A stretch of DNA of 64,000 nucleotides, taken from the NCBI GenBank assembly GCA_905234785.1, contig CAJOIP010000017.1, forward strand, positions 24,494-88,493. Reading direction: 5' to 3'. This document shows, one piece after another, positions 62,859-64,000 of this stretch; position 1 is the stretch's first letter; each line of letters starts with the position of its first letter. Position numbers and translations under genes: made by a program. Origin of the DNA: an uncultured Eggerthellaceae bacterium (GTDB taxonomy: Bacteria > Actinomycetota > Coriobacteriia > Coriobacteriales > Eggerthellaceae). The notes below the pieces were generated by a model. It saw only the letters and a program-made list of their open reading frames with translations. It was not told the DNA's origin and ran no database searches.

Positions 62859-63711
62859 TGACCGGCCCCCTTCCCGGAACGACTCGCTCGACGTGCCACG
62901 TGACCGTGGTCGTCTTCGTCTCGGAGACGAGCTCTTCGTTCACCGTGCCGTCGTCGGTCGATGCGGTCGAGCCCTGCAGCTGCTCGCTGACGGCGACGCC
63001 CTCTTCCACGATAGCCGAGAGCTTCATGTACAGGTAGAAGCGGTCGTTCGAGTCCGCCGCGTCGTTGTGGAAGTACAGGTCGCACGTCCAGTCGTCGTTG
63101 AGCGTCGCGTCGACGGTCACGTCGTAGGCGGTTTCCGACGGGTCGACGCCCGGGATGTCGGGGCTGACCTTGAACGTGGCCGTTGACGCCGTGGCCTTGG
63201 GCAAGCCGGTGTCGTCGTCTTTGGCCGCGGTCGAGAGAAGCCATGTTCCCCAGCTTGCTTCCGCCAGCTGGCTCGACAGGTTCGCCTGCGTGGCCCAGCT
63301 GGACGGATGCCCGAAAAGCGCGTACGCGGTGGCGTCGGAGAGGAAGTCGTAGCCTTCGTCGTAGGCCGGTGCGACGAGCTCCGCGTTGGATGCGCCCTTG
63401 TCCTTCGCGAACGTTTCGGTGGCCGCGCCGGCTTGGGGGCGCGTGATGGTGCGCGTTCCCCGGCATGTTTCGGTCAGCGTGTACTGCAGCTCGCCCGATT
63501 CGCCGAACGCGTCGCTGAACAGGCCCGCCGCCGACGTGACCGCGTAATAGCGCTGATCGGCCTTGCCCTGCCCGGCGAATTGGCCCATGGAAGCCGTGGA
63601 CGCTGCCAGCACGACCGAGCTGACGACCGCGCACACGAGGAACAGCAGCAAGGCGAACGAGAACGACGCCCCGTTCTGCGATTTCAGCTTTATCGTAGCG
63701 CTGCCGGTCAC
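62848..63711 (-). CDS. PilX/ComGG-like pilus-associated protein (N-terminal hydrophobic segment, no E+5)
   Basis: ..KLKSQNGASFSFALLLFLVCAVVSSVVLAAS.. It is the first gene of the minor-pilin operon. GTG start with RBS GGGAAAGG. Confidence 0.5.
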   Translation of the reverse strand: MTGSATIKLKSQNGASFSFALLLFLVCAVVSSVVLAASTASMGQFAGQGKADQRYYAVTSAAGLFSDAFGESGELQYTLTETCRGTRTITRPQAGAATETFAKDKGASNAELVAPAYDEGYDFLSDATAYALFGHPSSWATQANLSSQLAEASWGTWLLSTAAKDDDTGLPKATASTATFKVSPDIPGVDPSETAYDVTVDATLNDDWTCDLYFHNDAADSNDRFYLYMKLSAIVEEGVAVSEQLQGSTASTDDGTVNEELVSETKTTTVTWHVERVVPGRGPVSGS

Positions 63712-63768
63712 GCCGTGCCTTTCCCGCCGATGCCTACAGTTTTCCTACTCTGGTTATAAACTATGAAA

Positions 63769-63777
63769 GTATACCAT
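63769..63777 (-). promoter_or_regulatory. Candidate extended -10 (TGGTATACT) for the minor-pilin/adhesin operon
   Basis: The minus strand reads catGGTATACTttc within an AT-rich patch ~55 nt upstream of the GTG at 63711. No convincing -35 is present. Confidence 0.3.
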
Positions 63778-63834
63778 GTACGATAAAAAAAACGCCCTCC
63801 CAACAGCCAAAATCCGAAGTCGCCCGCGTGCGCC

Positions 63835-63937
63835 GTGTGCCGGCAGGGGACCCCTCGTGGCACACGGCGTACGCTTATGCACGAGGGGGAGCTGGCGCAT
63901 CATTCGGCAAAACGGTGCACCAGCCCCCCTCGCGCAT
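63835..63937. repeat. Family D GC-rich hairpins
   Basis: gtgtgccggcaggggacccctcgtggcacac, and tgcacgagggggagctgg..ccagcccccctcgcgca. Confidence 0.6.
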
Positions 63938-64000
63938 CATTTCGGCGCGCCGTATTCCGTAACGCAGCTGTAACCACGGGCCTGAAACGCCTTCCCCTCG

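Overview
GC-rich chromosomal segment, probably from a monoderm high-GC bacterium. The gene content (hyp, cydAB, flavodiiron protein, argCJBD-G-H) and the secretin-less pilus genes suggest an anaerobic Actinomycetota/Coriobacteriia-like organism; this is inference, not verified. Nearly all real genes are on the minus strand. Most long plus-strand ORFs in the track are antisense shadows typical of high-GC DNA.

Left to right, the window holds:
- a truncated MalY/PatB-type C-S lyase gene
- an IS110-family insertion sequence with 16-bp terminal inverted repeats
- a polar amino-acid ABC transporter operon
- an acyl-CoA synthetase and an NCS1 permease
- glutathione peroxidase, an alanine/glycine:cation symporter and purB
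- an ion-homeostasis stretch: two TrkA-type genes (one frameshifted), PspC, CorC, hemolysin-III, and an overlapping K+ channel / ClC pair
- cydAB, hypF-hypC-hypD, pgi and a flavodiiron protein
- an argC-J-B-D-G-H cluster

From about 40.4 kb to 63.7 kb there is a complete Gram-positive-style type IV pilus locus:
- pilM/N/O, pilD, the major pilin, pilC, pilT and pilB
- a five-gene operon of prepilin-like proteins

The main leads are:
- That operon ends in an 848-aa GLUG-repeat pilin and a ~2,113-aa beta-helix/Ig-repeat adhesin. The adhesin's N-terminus looks like a class III (prepilin) signal, making it a candidate giant modular pilin.
- Two toxin-antitoxin cassettes with shared junction repeats sit between the adhesin gene and pilB.
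- At least four families of short palindromic interspersed repeats fill the intergenic gaps. Several copies appear to be inserted in frame inside hypF and at the 5' end of hypD.
- An AT-rich 30-bp palindrome occurs three times, around arg genes and inside the amino-acid transporter operon.
- A ~900-bp ORF-free, highly self-complementary region lies next to the pilin gene.

No rRNA, tRNA or CRISPR array could be supported. All calls come from reading the translations and the sequence by eye; no database search was run.
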